Positions 9,167 to 19,523 of a DNA stretch of 64,000 nucleotides are shown piece by piece. This DNA is from Bordetella parapertussis (GTDB taxonomy: Bacteria; Pseudomonadota; Gammaproteobacteria; Burkholderiales; JACQAP01): contig CAMDKM010000007.1 in the NCBI GenBank assembly GCA_945900965.1, forward strand, positions 17,732 through 81,731. Reading direction: 5' to 3'. The notes under the pieces were generated by a model. That model worked only from the letters and a program-made list of their open reading frames with translations. It was not told where the DNA came from and ran no database searches. Both the position numbers and the translations under genes were made by a program. Positions within the stretch are counted from its first letter, which is position 1; each line of letters begins with the position of its first letter.

Positions 9167-10174
9167 ATGGCCCGAACTATACCCACCACAATGCGTGCGA
9201 TCGACATCAGCGCACCGGGTGCGCCCGAGGTATTGCGTCCCACTCAAAGACCGGTACCGCAGCCGGCCGCGGGCGAAGTGCTGATTCAGGTCGCGTATGC
9301 CGGTGTCAACCGTCCGGATGTCCTGCAGCGCAAAGGGGGCTATCCCCCGCCTCCCGGGGCGTCGGATATTCCTGGATTGGAAATCGCCGGTACGGTCGTA
9401 TCGACCGGCGTCAACACAGGAGAATGGACGGTCGGTTCGCAGGTATGTGCGCTGGTGACCGGAGGAGGTTATGCGCAATACGTCACCGCGCCGGAGGTTC
9501 AGTGTCTGCCGGTGCCCAAAGGCTTGTCGTTGGAAGAAGCGGCAGGATTGCCCGAAACTTTTTTCACGGTCTGGGTGAACGTGTTCTTGCGTGGTGGATT
9601 AAAAGCCGGCGAAAGCTTGTTGGTGCAGGGTGGATCGAGCGGCATCGGCGTTACCGCCATCCAGATGGCGCGCGCGTTTGGCAATACCGTGTATGCCACC
9701 GCGGGCTCACCTGAAAAATGCGCGGAGTGCGAGAGACTTGGCGCAGCGCGAGCCATCAACTACCGCACCGAAGATTTTGCGGCGGTGATCAAGGACATCA
9801 CCAAGGGCCGCGGTGTGGATGTCATACTTGATATGGTTGGGGGCGACTACGTTCCGCGCGAATTGTCCTGTCTGGCCGACGATGGCCGGCTATCGCTCAT
9901 CGCCTTTCTCGGCGGCACTCGCGCAACGCTGGAAATGACCGATATTCTGCGTCGCAGACTGACCATCACCGGCTCGACCTTGCGTCCGCGTCCGGTTGAA
10001 GTCAAGGCCGCCATCGCCCGCGACTTGCGAAACAAGGTTTGGCCGCTGATTGAAGCCGGAAAAATCAGACCGGTGGTTTACAAAACTTTCGAACTGGATG
10101 CTGCTTCGCAGGCGCATGCGCTGATGGAATCCAGTACACACGTAGGAAAAATCATACTGTCGGTCGCGGGCTAG
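9167..10174 (+). CDS. NAD(P)H-quinone oxidoreductase (PIG3/zeta-crystallin family)
   Basis: GVNRPDVLQRKG, PGLEIAG, GGSSGIG, GSTLRPR, HVGKIIL. Confidence 0.92.
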   Translation: MARTIPTTMRAIDISAPGAPEVLRPTQRPVPQPAAGEVLIQVAYAGVNRPDVLQRKGGYPPPPGASDIPGLEIAGTVVSTGVNTGEWTVGSQVCALVTGGGYAQYVTAPEVQCLPVPKGLSLEEAAGLPETFFTVWVNVFLRGGLKAGESLLVQGGSSGIGVTAIQMARAFGNTVYATAGSPEKCAECERLGAARAINYRTEDFAAVIKDITKGRGVDVILDMVGGDYVPRELSCLADDGRLSLIAFLGGTRATLEMTDILRRRLTITGSTLRPRPVEVKAAIARDLRNKVWPLIEAGKIRPVVYKTFELDAASQAHALMESSTHVGKIILSVAG

Positions 10175-10234
10175 CCGGCAAACTCGACTCAGCCACGGCG
10201 CTGGCGGGAACGGGCTTCGCCTGCCGGCGGACTT

Positions 10235-11161
10235 CTAGTCGATGGCGGGAGGTTCGCGTCTGAGCATGGACATATCGTGCTGTGCGGCGACCGTCGCGGC
10301 GTATTGCACGTTTTTGTCGATTTCCTCGATGTACAGATTCTGCCCGCCGAAGTGCTTGTCGGCATATCCGTAGGCACTGCCCAAATCATCGTTCAGACGC
10401 ACCGTTGCCGTTCGGTAAAAAGTCGGGGTCCTGACCACCAGGTCTTCCGCGGACTTGAACATGACGCCGGCCCGTTTGTCGGATTCATCGCGTGCGGCGA
10501 GGCCGCCTTCGACAAATTCGGGATAGAGTCGATCGCGGCATTTTTCGAGATAACAGCGATCCGCCATCTGGGCAATGATATCTGCCGTGCCCAGCATGTT
10601 GCCGATCAGCCGGAAAGTTATGTTCGGCACGTCGATCTTGGCGATCGATTTTTCGTAGCCGGTGAAGTGGATGATTTTTGCCGCCACCGGCGCAAGCTCT
10701 GCCATGCCTATGCGATTCATGTAGTCTTCAAGAAATTTTGCCCCGCGCGACACATGGGTAAGCGTGTACTCCGCCCCGTTCTTGTGACGCGTATCGTTGA
10801 CCTTGCGCAGATACCCGATATCGTGAAACAGAGCCGTTACCACCCCGAAGCGAAAAATTCGGGCACCCAGCGACTGACGGGAACGGTTGGTGCGCTCATA
10901 ACCGTCCATCAGTCTGGCCATGGCCAAAGTGACATCAAGGCAGTGTTGCAAATTGTGATAACTGGTATCGCAGGCACGGTAGCCTGGAAAGTCGCCGCTC
11001 TGCAGTCGACTGAGGTCGCGAAAGCCGCGATTCAGTACATGGGTCGATGCGTCCGGATAAAGCTCCAGATATATGCGGTTGACTTCTTCATTGACCGACA
11101 CCGGATCGGTTGTGTTGATCAGGTTGGTCACATCGAAATCGTTGCGGCGAAAGGTGTTCAT
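10235..11161 (-). CDS. HD-domain metal-dependent phosphohydrolase
   Basis: YHNLQH, LFHDIGY, HVSRG, TADII motifs. Confidence 0.8.
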   Translation of the reverse strand: MNTFRRNDFDVTNLINTTDPVSVNEEVNRIYLELYPDASTHVLNRGFRDLSRLQSGDFPGYRACDTSYHNLQHCLDVTLAMARLMDGYERTNRSRQSLGARIFRFGVVTALFHDIGYLRKVNDTRHKNGAEYTLTHVSRGAKFLEDYMNRIGMAELAPVAAKIIHFTGYEKSIAKIDVPNITFRLIGNMLGTADIIAQMADRCYLEKCRDRLYPEFVEGGLAARDESDKRAGVMFKSAEDLVVRTPTFYRTATVRLNDDLGSAYGYADKHFGGQNLYIEEIDKNVQYAATVAAQHDMSMLRREPPAID

Positions 11162-11386
11162 GGACCGGTTTCTCTGGGAGCCTTATTCGAATCGCCAAGA
11201 ATAATGTCGCTCATTGGAGACATAAAACTTGGATAGTACTCCCACTTTCGCTCACAATTCAAGCCCTTTTCCTGACTTGGAACAACAACATACGGTTATC
11301 TATTGCCGTGGCTGGCGGTCAATGCACAGGAAAATTCTCAAGAAACCGCGACAATGCATTGAACAATTGGCCAAAACTTTACCTGT

Positions 11387-11794
11387 TTGATACTGATGAT
11401 TCTAGACCTCTTCAAGACCAGAGATCAATTCCGATTCACACTTTTGCATATTTTTTTTGGGCTTTGTGTGCTCACGGCGACCTTGGCGATCGCCGGACAG
11501 GCATTGACCCACGGCCGGGCCGACACAATTCATGCGGCGGAGCTGCCCGCGGAAGCACACGAAACCCTCGCGCTCATTGGCAGCGGCGGACCGTTTCCTT
11601 ACGCGCAAGACGGAGCGATATTCGCCAACAGGGAACGTCTACTTCCGCTGGGGCCACGTGGCAGTTACCGGGAATACACGGTGCGCACGCCGGGCCGCAG
11701 AGATCGCGGCGCCCGCAGAATCGTCGCGCGCACGAATGGAGAGTTCTACTACACTGACGACCATTACCGCAGCTTTCGGCGCATTCTCGAATGA
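11387..11794 (+). CDS. exported guanyl-specific ribonuclease (barnase/RNase Sa family)
   Basis: Hydrophobic N-terminus; GGPFPY, FANRERLLP, YREYTV, RGARRIV, YYTDDHYRSF; start uncertain. Confidence 0.9.
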   Translation: MILMILDLFKTRDQFRFTLLHIFFGLCVLTATLAIAGQALTHGRADTIHAAELPAEAHETLALIGSGGPFPYAQDGAIFANRERLLPLGPRGSYREYTVRTPGRRDRGARRIVARTNGEFYYTDDHYRSFRRILE

Positions 11795-11951
11795 ACCTAA
11801 AAACCGCACCACAGAGACACCGAGAAGAGCGATATATCAATCAGTTGTGGTGTCAGCAGTTTTCACCTTTCGGGCGTGGACGCGAATAGATGCAAGAATT
11901 TGTCTTTCTCCGTGTTCTCAGTGCCTCTGTGGTTCAACGGCTTTTTCTAGT
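11791..11951. repeat. miniature inverted-repeat element with CACAGAG-type arms (same family as 4329-4500)
   Basis: AACCTAAAAACCGCACCACAGAGACACCGAG ... CTCAGTGCCTCTGTGGTTCAACGGCTTTTTCTAG, lying between the RNase stop and the barstar ATG. Confidence 0.75.
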
Positions 11952-12395
11952 ATGAAACATGAATTAGCCGAATTGCTCGAACGTGGCGTGGGCGGGGTGT
12001 ACCGCTATCACGGCAACTTCCCCGCTGACAAAATGCAGGCAGCGGTCGAACACGGAATTCATCCGGCCGCGATCGAATTGGCCCGGGTGCGCGATAAAAA
12101 TGCGTTTCTGAAGACGGCCGCGAATGCCCTGTTGTTTCCCGACTATTTCGGACACAACTGGGACGCGTTCTATGATTGCCTGTTGGAACTGGAAAACCGG
12201 CAGGAAAAAGGTGCCCTGCTATGTTTGCGCGACACTTCCGGCTTTGCGCGCGCCGAACCGGAAGAATTCGCCACGGCAATCGACGCGCTGCGTGAAGCGG
12301 TCGAATACTGGAACGAGAGGCAAAAAATACTGCTGGTTGTCACCGAACTCGAAGCGCCGATATTGGCGCCGGAACTGCCCGAACTCAGCTCGTAG
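11952..12395 (+). CDS. barstar family ribonuclease inhibitor
   Basis: [17 protein letters not shown] barstar motif; follows the RNase gene. Confidence 0.9.
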   Translation: MKHELAELLERGVGGVYRYHGNFPADKMQAAVEHGIHPAAIELARVRDKNAFLKTAANALLFPDYFGHNWDAFYDCLLELENRQEKGALLCLRDTSGFARAEPEEFATAIDALREAVEYWNERQKILLVVTELEAPILAPELPELSS

Positions 12396-12909
12396 CGATG
12401 CGGCGCCCGCGTCGCAGCCCTGTTTGCGGCGGCCGATTGGCATCCAGAAAGCGCGCGAGTTCCTGCAATGCGCGCTGATATACGTCGCGCTTGAACTCAA
12501 TCACGCTTTCCAGTGGCACCCAGTACTCGTGCCAGCGCCAGGCATCGAATTCCGGATGCTCGCAATTACGCAGGCATACGTCGCTGTCTCTTCCCACCAA
12601 CCGAAGCAGGAACCAGATCTGTTTCTGGCCACGGTAAACCGTGCGGCTTTCGCGGCGAACCCAGGTGTGCGGCACGTCATAGCGCATCCACTCCCGCGTC
12701 CGGCCGAGGATCTTCACGTGAGGCGGATCCAGACCGACCTCTTCCTTGAGTTCGCGGAACATCGCCTGCTCGGGCGTTTCGCCTGGCTTGATACCCCCTT
12801 GCGGAAACTGCCAGGCGTGCTCTTTGATGCGTTTACCCCAGAAGACCTCGTTTTTGCCGTTGCACAGAACAATTCCCACGTTCGGGCGATAGCCGTCACG
12901 ATCAATCAT
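12385..12909 (-). CDS. rppH: RNA pyrophosphohydrolase
   Basis: [20 protein letters not shown]...RELKEEVGL Nudix box, GQKQIWFLL. Confidence 0.95.
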   Translation of the reverse strand: MIDRDGYRPNVGIVLCNGKNEVFWGKRIKEHAWQFPQGGIKPGETPEQAMFRELKEEVGLDPPHVKILGRTREWMRYDVPHTWVRRESRTVYRGQKQIWFLLRLVGRDSDVCLRNCEHPEFDAWRWHEYWVPLESVIEFKRDVYQRALQELARFLDANRPPQTGLRRGRRIATS

Positions 12910-12989
12910 GTGAGCCACCCCAAACAAATTTGAACTTGCCCCGATTCTTCCACAAAAGTGGCGGGATAAAAAGTTATTACGGCAGATTT

Positions 12990-13769
12990 TCAGGCCAGTA
13001 GACGGCTCGCGGAGCGCTGGTTTGACTCCCGCATGCCCTCAACAAATTGCAAAAATTCAAGGCCGTACAGCGTTTGCAGGGAACGGGCACAGGTTCTCAG
13101 ATCGTCCCATTTGGGTTCCTCGAGGGCCCGGCTGAAGGCCAGTACCGCCACATTGCCGCGACGTACGGCCGGCACGCACACAACCGCTGTAAACGTCGCC
13201 CGCAAAGCGGCGAGACAATCCTCGAAACGGGCATCGGAACTCCAGAGATTGACCACCAGGACACCATCGGGACCCAGCGCCGATTGCGCGTCGAAATAAA
13301 ACTTCTCCGACGCCAGCCCCTGCGCCTGATCGCGGCCGTCATAACCATCCACCATCAACACGTCGCAACTATGCGGATGTTCGGCAACCCAGGCCGCCCC
13401 GTCGGCGTGTTCGACCAGAAATCGCTCGTCATTTTCAGGAACGTGAAAATACTGGCGTGCCGCCACAATCACCTGGGCATTGGATTCGATCACGATGGTC
13501 CTGGACCAGGGCAGCCGGCGGTAGACAAATTTCGGCAGGGAGCCCCCGCCCAGCCCAATCATGAGGAAGCGCTCCGAGCGCGGCCGGAACAACAAAAACG
13601 CCATCATCGCGCGTGTATAGGACAACACCAACCCGTCGGGATCGGCGAGCTTCATCGAACTTTGCACCGTATCGCTTCCCAGGTGCAGCGAACGAATGCC
13701 GTCTTTCTCGCTCACTTCGACACTGACTTCGCGGCTTGCCTGTTGCTTGTTTCTCCACTTGCCGAACAT
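12990..13769 (-). CDS. spermidine synthase-like SAM-dependent transferase
   Basis: [24 protein letters not shown]. Confidence 0.85.
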   Translation of the reverse strand: MFGKWRNKQQASREVSVEVSEKDGIRSLHLGSDTVQSSMKLADPDGLVLSYTRAMMAFLLFRPRSERFLMIGLGGGSLPKFVYRRLPWSRTIVIESNAQVIVAARQYFHVPENDERFLVEHADGAAWVAEHPHSCDVLMVDGYDGRDQAQGLASEKFYFDAQSALGPDGVLVVNLWSSDARFEDCLAALRATFTAVVCVPAVRRGNVAVLAFSRALEEPKWDDLRTCARSLQTLYGLEFLQFVEGMRESNQRSASRLLA

Positions 13770-13860
13770 CCCAAATCCCTGCGTAATCCCTGATTGTGAA
13801 AGGCCGATCGCGCCCTGCCATCACGTAGAATAGCCGCTTTTCGAAATCAGGTTGGGTCCC

Positions 13861-15570
13861 ATGCGCACCTCGCAGTTTTTTATTTCCACCCTCAAGGAAG
13901 CCCCGAGCGAAGCCGAATTGATCAGTCACAAGCTGATGTTGCGCGCCGGTCTGATCAAAAAACTCGGCAGCGGCCTGTACTCCTGGATGCCTCTGGGTCT
14001 GCGGGTTCTGCGCAAGGTGGAAAACATCGTGCGCGAGGAAATGAATCGCGCCGGGGCGATCGAAGTATTGCTGCCGGCGGTGCAGCCGGCCGAGCTGTGG
14101 CGGGAAACCGGCCGCTGGGACGTGTTCGGTCCGCAGATGCTCAAAATACGCGACCGCCACGAGCGCGATTTCTGCTTCGGGCCCACGCACGAAGAAGTCA
14201 TCACCGACATCGCCCGCAAGGAAATTCGCTCCTACCGGCAGTTGCCGCTCAATCTTTATCAGATCCAGACCAAATTCCGCGACGAAATTCGGCCGCGTTT
14301 TGGCGTCATGCGGGCCCGCGAGTTTGTCATGAAGGATGCCTATTCCTTCCATGTCGACTTCGAGGATCTGACGCGCGAGTACCGCAATATGTTCGATACC
14401 TACTCGCGGATTTTTACCCGGCTTGGATTGAAATACCGGGCGGTGGCCGCCGACCCGGGCGCCATCGGTGGCACGGGTTCGCATGAATTTCATGTGCTGG
14501 CGGACTCCGGGGAGGACGCCATCGCCTACTCGTCCCAGTCGGACTACGCCGCCAATGTGGAATTGGCCGAGGCCTTGCCGCCCCCCACCGCGCGCGCAGC
14601 CGGCAAACAACGGATGGAGAAAGTTACGACGCCCGGAAAAACCACCTGCGAAGACGTTGCCGAATTCCTGAAACTGCCGCTGACACAATCGGTGAAGGCG
14701 CTGGCGCTGATGCATGAAGAACAATTCTTCATGCTGTTGCTGCGCGGAGACCACCAGTTGAATGAAGTCAAGGCGGGGAAATTACCCGGCCTGCAACCCT
14801 TCCGCTTCGCAACCGAGAAAGAAATCGAAACCCGAATCGGCTGCCGCCCCGGGTATATCGGTCCCGTTGGGCTGCCCAAGGACATCACCGTGATTGCCGA
14901 TCGCTCGGTGGCCATCATGAGCGACTTTGTTTGCGGGGCAAACGAAGCGGGCTTTCATTTCACCGGCGTGAATTTCGGCCGCGATCTGCCGCAGCCTGCC
15001 GCCATCGCGGATTTGCGCAATGCCGTCACCGGGGACTCCAGCCCCGACGGCAAGGGTCATCTGGAAATCTGCCGTGGCATCGAAGTCGGCCACATATTTC
15101 AGTTGCGCACCAAGTATTCACAGGCAATGAGCGCTAACTATCTCGACGAAGCCGGCAAATCCCAGGTAATGGAAATGGGTTGTTACGGCATCGGGGTGTC
15201 GCGCATCGTCGCTGCGGCAATCGAACAGGGCAACGATGCCAAGGGCATCATCTGGCCTCAACCCATGGCGCCATTTCAGGTCGCCATCGCACCGATCGGT
15301 TATCGAAAAAATCCCGAGGTCAAAATTGCCGCGGACCGGCTCCATGAGAACCTCCAGGCGGCAGGGATCGAAGTGCTGCTGGACGACCGGGACGAGCGGC
15401 CAGGCGTGATGTTCGCCGATCTGGAATTGATCGGCATTCCCCACCGGGTAACGATTGGCGATCGCGGACTAAAAGAGGGCAAACTCGAATACCAGACCCG
15501 CGGCGGCGCCGAAGTGCTCAGCCTCGCGGTGACCGAGGCCGCGGAAAAATTGCAAGCCTGGTGCGGATGA
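13861..15570 (+). CDS. proS: proline--tRNA ligase
   Basis: [26 protein letters not shown], editing insertion, [15 protein letters not shown]. Confidence 0.97.
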   Translation: MRTSQFFISTLKEAPSEAELISHKLMLRAGLIKKLGSGLYSWMPLGLRVLRKVENIVREEMNRAGAIEVLLPAVQPAELWRETGRWDVFGPQMLKIRDRHERDFCFGPTHEEVITDIARKEIRSYRQLPLNLYQIQTKFRDEIRPRFGVMRAREFVMKDAYSFHVDFEDLTREYRNMFDTYSRIFTRLGLKYRAVAADPGAIGGTGSHEFHVLADSGEDAIAYSSQSDYAANVELAEALPPPTARAAGKQRMEKVTTPGKTTCEDVAEFLKLPLTQSVKALALMHEEQFFMLLLRGDHQLNEVKAGKLPGLQPFRFATEKEIETRIGCRPGYIGPVGLPKDITVIADRSVAIMSDFVCGANEAGFHFTGVNFGRDLPQPAAIADLRNAVTGDSSPDGKGHLEICRGIEVGHIFQLRTKYSQAMSANYLDEAGKSQVMEMGCYGIGVSRIVAAAIEQGNDAKGIIWPQPMAPFQVAIAPIGYRKNPEVKIAADRLHENLQAAGIEVLLDDRDERPGVMFADLELIGIPHRVTIGDRGLKEGKLEYQTRGGAEVLSLAVTEAAEKLQAWCG

Positions 15571-16217
15571 TCGCAAATCTTCGTTCGCAGCTCGGATTTT
15601 TTGCCGCCATTCTACTGTCGATATCCGCCCCGATCGCGCTGGGCGGGGAACAGAAATATGAACCCCTGTCCGTCAGCGTCCGGGCTTCGCTGCATGAATC
15701 GGTCGCCGACCAGGCCAGCCCAAGACTGACATTTGCCTCCGAAACGGAAGGCGCTGCATGGCTGGCGGAGATGTCGAAGCGGCTGGAAAAATATGTCGGA
15801 GATCGTTTGGTTCGGGAAGAACTGCTGATCACCACGCAATACGAGGCGACCCGCGCGGGCCTGGATCCGCAGCTTGTGTTAGGCGTGATTCAAGTCGAAA
15901 GCCGTTTTCGCAAACATGCCGTGTCGAAAGCGGGCGCCCGCGGTTACATGCAAGTCATGCCATTCTGGGTCGAATTGATCGGGACAGCCGACCAGAATCT
16001 TTTCAACCTGCGCACCAACCTGCGTTACGGCTGCACGATCCTGCGCCATTATCTGGACATGGAGCGCGGCAATATTTTTCGCGCGCTGGGACGCTACAAC
16101 GGCTCGCTGGGCAAATCCGTCTATCCCCAGAAAGTCCGGCGCGCCTGGAAGGAGACTTGGGACTACGGCAGCCCGGGCACAATCATCAGCCCCGCGCGTT
16201 ACCTCGGCACGAACTGA
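15561..16217 (+). CDS. lytic transglycosylase (SLT domain)
   Basis: [21 protein letters not shown]. Confidence 0.9.
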   Translation: MRMIANLRSQLGFFAAILLSISAPIALGGEQKYEPLSVSVRASLHESVADQASPRLTFASETEGAAWLAEMSKRLEKYVGDRLVREELLITTQYEATRAGLDPQLVLGVIQVESRFRKHAVSKAGARGYMQVMPFWVELIGTADQNLFNLRTNLRYGCTILRHYLDMERGNIFRALGRYNGSLGKSVYPQKVRRAWKETWDYGSPGTIISPARYLGTN

Positions 16218-16699
16218 GCGCTCTGCTCCGCCCTGCTGTCCTTGTCAGCCATTAACTCGTCGATCTGCTTGCGGGTGATCTTGCCGACCTGACGTTTCAC
16301 CAGCCTGCCCTTGGGATTGAAAAAAAACGTCGTGGGCAATCCGGGGACGGAGCCGACCTGGTCGGCGTCCTGGTTGCTTCCCAAAATGATGGGGTAGTTG
16401 ACGAACATGCCCTCGGCGAACTGCAATACCTGCTTGGAATCCTGAAACTCCATGGCCACGCCGAGGATTTGCACGTCCTTGCGCGCCTCCTTGAGTGCCA
16501 CCAGATCCGGTATTTCCTCCAGGCAGGGCGGGCACCAGGTGGCCCAGAAATTCACGATCAGCCACTTCCCGCGGTAATGTGACAAGCGATGGGCTCGCCC
16601 ATTGGTGTCGGTCAACACGAAGTCCCTGCTGCTCGCGTTGGCGGGCAAGCCGATCATCATTACGGCCAGGGTTAACAGCACGAGCCATATATTGCGCAT
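16199..16699 (-). CDS. TlpA family disulfide reductase
   Basis: NFWATWCPPC, GLPTT. Confidence 0.92.
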   Translation of the reverse strand: MRNIWLVLLTLAVMMIGLPANASSRDFVLTDTNGRAHRLSHYRGKWLIVNFWATWCPPCLEEIPDLVALKEARKDVQILGVAMEFQDSKQVLQFAEGMFVNYPIILGSNQDADQVGSVPGLPTTFFFNPKGRLVKRQVGKITRKQIDELMADKDSRAEQSAQFVPR

Positions 16700-16700
16700 G

Positions 16701-17960
16701 TCAGGCGGCGCGCGCCGGGCGCGCGATGCTGGTTCCGAACAATTCCTTCAAGGTCATGTCCAATTCCCCGTCCACGCCTTGCATCACGCTTGCCACCAGG
16801 CGTTTTACCGTATTCTCCTGGCTGTTTTCCGCGGCATCCTTGCTCAACACAAATACCCGGAAAATTTCCTTCATTCGAATTCTCTCCACATCGCGGACCA
16901 GCGTCCAGCCGTTACCCTGCAATTTAGCCACCCAGCCCGCCGCCTCCAGCTTATCCAGAATCAACTCGGTTTCTTCCCAGGAAAGGCGTAACGCAACCCG
17001 CATTTGCTGAAGATTAAGCACGTTGCCATCAAGGTAGGCACGATAAAGCAACCGGAGAATTTCGACCGCATCGACAAACTGGTTGCCCACCGCGCGATTG
17101 AGCTGCACCCCCCCCGTGCGCCAGTAGGGAAGAACCGCGGTGATGACCGCGGCAAACACCAGCACCACCCAGGAAAGGTAGATCCAAATCAGCAAAATGG
17201 GCAGACTGGCAAACGTGCCGTAGATCAATTTGTAGTTGGCGAAATTGGCAATAAAGTTCCCGAAGACGTTTTTCATCCCTTCAAATGCCATGGCGGCGAT
17301 GACACCCCCGACCGCGGCGTCCAGCAAGGTTACCTGTCGATTCGGTACAGTCCGGTAGAGAAACGCAAACGCGATCGAGGTCATCAACAAGGGGCTGATT
17401 TTCAATGCCACAATCATCATCGGCGAGGAGGCTCTCTCGAATCCGAGCGAGTAGGACACCAGCCACGAGGTCACCGACAGACTACCCCCGATCAGGATCG
17501 GCCCGATGGTCAATACCGACCAGTAAATGAGTATGCGCTGGATCAGCGGACGCGGCCGTCTTGCCCGCCAGATGGTGTTGAAGGCACGGTCGATGGTTAA
17601 CATCATCATGATCGCCGTTCCGACCAGCAACACGATGCCCAATGCAGTCAGGCGCGCGGCGTTGTCGGCGAACTGCTGCATGTAGAGCGTGATGACCTTG
17701 GAGGATGCGGCGGGCACCAGGTTAGCCGTCACATATTTTTTCAGCACTTCGATGATGCCATCGAACACCGGAAACGCCGCCATCATGGTCGCCGTGATGG
17801 TTACCAGTGGGACCAGCGCAAGCAAAGAGGTAAAGGTCAGACTGCCGCAGAGCTGGAAACAGCGCTCTTCCTTGAAGCGCCGGTAGACAAGCACCACAAA
17901 ATTCCAAAGCAGATGGAACTGCCTCAATATTTCCCGAACCAATGGCACGCGTATTTTCAT
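16701..17960 (-). CDS. YihY/BrkB family inner membrane protein
   Basis: SLTFTSLLALVP, AFNTIW, YGTFASLPILLIWIYLSW; multiple TM segments. Confidence 0.9.
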   Translation of the reverse strand: MKIRVPLVREILRQFHLLWNFVVLVYRRFKEERCFQLCGSLTFTSLLALVPLVTITATMMAAFPVFDGIIEVLKKYVTANLVPAASSKVITLYMQQFADNAARLTALGIVLLVGTAIMMMLTIDRAFNTIWRARRPRPLIQRILIYWSVLTIGPILIGGSLSVTSWLVSYSLGFERASSPMMIVALKISPLLMTSIAFAFLYRTVPNRQVTLLDAAVGGVIAAMAFEGMKNVFGNFIANFANYKLIYGTFASLPILLIWIYLSWVVLVFAAVITAVLPYWRTGGVQLNRAVGNQFVDAVEILRLLYRAYLDGNVLNLQQMRVALRLSWEETELILDKLEAAGWVAKLQGNGWTLVRDVERIRMKEIFRVFVLSKDAAENSQENTVKRLVASVMQGVDGELDMTLKELFGTSIARPARAA

Positions 17961-18431
17961 GAAGGGATGCAGGAAACTCGATCGTTATAATAATGCCAAT
18001 TCGGACTGGGCATACAGTGCAACAATTGGGCCATGCGAAAATACACTTCGTGGGAATTCTTGCCTGCCTGCTTCCATAACGTCGAAGCGGTCCGGGAAAT
18101 GGCTGCGCCCATGCAGTATTCCCTCGCAAGCACCAGTACTTCAAGACCCAAAGTCATCATGACGGACGATCGGCAGATAGGAAAGACCTCATCCGGCGCG
18201 TTTCGCGGGGGACTCGGGTCGATCCGCCAAGCCATCATGTCCCCTCCGCGGCACACCGGCCTGCCTATCCACGGGTTGCCCGGCACCCAGGTCGGCCCAC
18301 GCGCCCGCAGTGCGGGTACGATCCCTCCTGCCGGAGCAGGTGCCGAACTTCCGCTGAACGATGACAAAAAGCGTCTTGGCGTCGCCGGGGGCACGTGTCT
18401 GGCGGGCACGGCTGCAAAGCTCTGGCAATGA
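17959..18431 (+). pseudogene. wrbA: decayed NAD(P)H:quinone oxidoreductase wrbA
   Basis: Residual similarity in 18033-18431 (MAAPMQYSLASTS; GG...IMSPPRHTGLPIHGLP; LPLNDDKKRL...LAGTAAKL) in the position divergent from yihY and upstream of DUF2069; FMN loop not recognisable, frame broken. Confidence 0.6.
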
Positions 18432-18462
18432 TCGTCGCGACCTGCACCTCGTCGGCTCGGTC

Positions 18463-19155
18463 ATGAATCGGGGCAGCCAGGCTCGGCAACTCGCCCGCCG
18501 CCACTCCAGCGGCGCCTTGGCGACCCAGTCCAGGAAATTGCCTGGTTACCCCTATGCTTCCGCCCTGCCCTGCTGCACCGACGCCCAAGGTCGGATCGTT
18601 ATACTCATCAGCAGCCTTGCCGAGCATACCCAGAATGCCGACGCTGACCCGCGGGCCAGTTTTCTTCTCGCTTCGTTCGGGCCGGACCTCCCGGAGCAGG
18701 CGCGGCTAAGCTTGATGGGCGAGCTGGCGCCCAGCGAAGATGCGACGGTCGCGGCACGTTATCTGCGTTTCTTCCCGGAAGCTCGACAATTTCTGGAGAT
18801 CGGTGGATTTCGGTTTTTTGTACTGACGCCGCGCAGCCTGCGCTACATTGCAGGTTTCGGAGCGATACACAATTTGTCATCAGAAGAATATCTGGCGGCC
18901 GCACACCCGATAACCGACGCGGAAAGTGACATCCTGTCCCACATGAATACTGATCACGCCAACAACCTGCGCGAGTACTGCCGTCATTTCCACGGAGTAT
19001 TGCCCGAGGTGACGGAAATGATAGGCATCGACTGTGACGGGTTCGACCTGCGCGCCGACGGCGTGCGGCGTCGTTGCGACTTCGATGGCGAAGTCAAGGA
19101 TGCACAGGCCGCGCGCGCCGAACTGGTGAAACTCGCACGGCTTGCCCGCCAGTGA
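18463..19155 (+). CDS. HugZ-like PNPOx-fold protein with C-terminal DUF2470
   Basis: GALAT, PYAS, LISSLAEHTQN, RYIAGFG, HMNTDH, IGIDCDGFDL. Confidence 0.85.
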   Translation: MNRGSQARQLARRHSSGALATQSRKLPGYPYASALPCCTDAQGRIVILISSLAEHTQNADADPRASFLLASFGPDLPEQARLSLMGELAPSEDATVAARYLRFFPEARQFLEIGGFRFFVLTPRSLRYIAGFGAIHNLSSEEYLAAAHPITDAESDILSHMNTDHANNLREYCRHFHGVLPEVTEMIGIDCDGFDLRADGVRRRCDFDGEVKDAQAARAELVKLARLARQ

Positions 19156-19496
19156 AAAAAAGCTCGCATTTGATTTCCTGCGCCACATTGATTGCCTTGA
19201 TCTTCCTGTGCCTGGCATGGGAACTGGGCCTGGCGCCCCTGCGCCCTGGCGGATCGGCACTGGCGCTCAAAGTCCTGCCGCTGCTCGCCCCGCTATTCGG
19301 TGTGCTCAGGGGAATACGCTATACCTTCCAATGGGCACCCATGTTGATGCTGCTTTACTTCTGCGAAGGGATCGTGCGGGTGTGGAGCGAACGCGGTGCA
19401 GGCCAGTGGCTCGCCGGGGTCGAAATTGCGCTGTCCCTGATCTTTGTGGTGGCCGCCGTCACGTACGTGCGCGCCAGCCGCCAGGCAGTGCGCTGA
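19152..19496 (+). CDS. DUF2069 membrane protein
   Basis: LCLAWELGLAPLRPGGS, LKVLPL, RYTFQW; GTGA overlap with the upstream gene. Confidence 0.85.
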   Translation: MKKSSHLISCATLIALIFLCLAWELGLAPLRPGGSALALKVLPLLAPLFGVLRGIRYTFQWAPMLMLLYFCEGIVRVWSERGAGQWLAGVEIALSLIFVVAAVTYVRASRQAVR

Positions 19497-19523
19497 CAGG
19501 GTTGGCGCCCACCCGCTGAACAC

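Noticed and set aside
11532-11951. Long N-terminal extension of barstar
   Set aside because: It overlaps the RNase gene in another frame and crosses the repeat element.
2912-14754. Long antisense ORFs such as 2912-4303, 8062-9714, 10277-11236 and 13435-14754
   Set aside because: They are shadow frames of well-supported genes in high-GC DNA, with no recognisable motifs.
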